Shown here: positions 62,350 to 64,000 of the stretch, in pieces
How the letters are laid out: the number at the start of each line of letters is the position of its first letter
How positions within the stretch are numbered: the first letter of the stretch is position 1
DNA from: the human T2T-CHM13v2.0 reference genome, Homo sapiens
NCBI RefSeq assembly: GCF_009914755.1
Contig: NC_060927.1
Direction: 5' to 3' (one strand)
DNA length: 64,000 bases
Notes under the pieces: model-generated
Seen by the model: only the letters and a program-made list of their open reading frames with translations
The model's database searches: none
What the model was told of the DNA's origin: nothing
Program-made: the position numbers and the translations under genes

Positions 62350-64000
62350 ATAGCTAACAACCAATCTGAAGAAGAAGTAAAGAAAACATTTCCATTTACA
62401 ATAGCATCAAAAAGAATAAAATATTTAGAAATAACCCTAACCAAGGAGGCAAAAGACTTGTACACAAAAAACTATAAAACACTGCCAAAATCAAAGATAC
62501 AAGAAATCAAAGATACAAAGAAATGGGAAGATATCCTGTGTTCATAGATCAAAAGATGTAATATTGCTCAAATGTCCACACTACTCAAAGTGATCTACCA
62601 GATTCAATGCAATCTCTATAAAAATTCCAATGGCATGTTTTTGTAGAAATAGAAAAAAAAATCCTAAAATTCATATGAATTCTCAAAAGACCTAAAAAAG
62701 CCAAAAAATCTTGAAAAAGATGTACAAACTTCTCCAAGTTTTCTCACACTCACTGATTTCAAAACATACTACAAAACAACAGTAATCAAGACAGTACTGT
62801 ACTGGCATAAACACAGACATATAAACCAATGGAACGAAACAGAGAGCCCAGAAATAAACCTGCGCATATATGGCCAATCTTTGACAAGTTGCCAAGCTCA
62901 CACAATGGGAAAATGAGATACTCTTTTCAACAAATGGCACTGGGGGAAACTGGATGTCCACATGCAAACAAATGAAGTTGAACTTTTACCTTATACCATA
63001 TACAAAAATAAACTCAAAATGGATTAAAGACATAAATGTAAGCTCTAAAACGATAAAACTTCTAGAAGAAAACATAGAGGAAAGCTTTGGGACATTGAAT
63101 TTGGCAATGATTTCTGTTATATGACACCAAAAGCACAAGCAACAAAATAAAAAGCAGATAAATGAGACCACATCAAATTTTAAAACTTTCATTCATCAAA
63201 CCAAACAATCAACAGAGAGAAAAGACAACCTATGAAATGAGAGAAAATTTGTGCAAATCGTACTTCTGATGAGGGGTTACTATCTACATTGTATAAAAAA
63301 CTCCTATATTTCAATAACAACAACAAAATTAAAAATAGACAAGGACTTGAATAGACAATTCTCTAAAGATGAAATACAAATTGCCAACAAGCAGATGAAA
63401 AGATGCTCAGCATCACTAATTATAAGAGAAATGCAAATCAAAACCGCAATGATATATCAGCTCACACCTATTAGGATGGCCACTATAAAAAAAACACAAA
63501 TGGTGAGGACGGGCAGAAACTGGAACCCCTGTACACTGTTAGTGGGAATGTAAAATGGTGTAACCATTATGGAAAACAGTATGGAGGTTACTCGAAACAT
63601 TTAAAGTAAAGTTTTCATTTGATCTAGCAATCACACTTCTGGGTATATATCCAAAAGAATTCAAAATAGGATCTCAAAGAGAGAATTGCCCATTCATGTT
63701 CACTGCTGCATTACTCACAGTAGCTAAGATATGGAATCAACTTGAGTGTCCATCAATGAATGGCTAGGGAAAATATGTTCTATATGCACATTGGAATAAT
63801 ATTCTCTTTAAAAAAGAAGGAAGTGTTGTTATTTGCAACAACATGGATGAATCTCAAGGACATTATGCTAAGTGAAATAAGCCAGTCACAAAAGGAAAAA
63901 TGCTGTATGATTCCATTTCATAAAGTGTGTAAAGTAGTCAAAATCCTAGAAACAGAAAGTAGACAGGTGACTGCAAAGAGATTAAGGGAGGGAAGAGGGT
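62350..64000 (+). mobile_element. L1MB-like ORF2 3' half plus 3' UTR, running off the window; older L1M remnants at about 61700-62350
   Basis: ttccatttacaatagcatcaaaaagaataaaata...; ORF 63251..63553 ...[11 protein letters not shown]; ataagccagtcacaaaagg. Confidence 0.88.

Overview
This is primate, almost certainly human, genomic DNA: it is AT-rich, CpG-depleted and carries a near-consensus AluYg6, a human-specific subfamily. The only host coding sequence is one 106-nt minus-strand exon (43519-43624, EHQESILGNTMQSVIALLSNLVACKDSNMELLYEQ-G). I recognise it as a late exon of the pseudokinase ULK4 (C-terminal ARM/HEAT region). The rest is two very large introns. About 11-47 kb is nearly continuous nested transposon fossils: a full-length Tigger2, a full-length L1MA, L1PA7/5/3-4/13 copies, Tigger3b, MaLR/ERVL LTRs and Alus. 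About 47.6-61.7 kb is comparatively repeat-poor. Nearly all ORFs in the supplied track are repeat-derived or spurious. I found no convincing new biological system. The best leads are mechanistic: (1) an Alu plus a 5.5-kb L1 sharing one target-site duplication; (2) a twin-primed (5'-inverted) L1; (3) several locally templated or fold-back insertion scars, one carrying a piece of the Tigger transposase ORF about 900 bp from its source; (4) a tailless U2 snRNA retrocopy; (5) a candidate AluJ poison exon; (6) a weak 3' splice site on the ULK4 exon; (7) a very young, possibly polymorphic AluYg6. Repeat subfamily calls come from recalled consensus features, not from a RepeatMasker run. Boundaries of ancient repeats are approximate.
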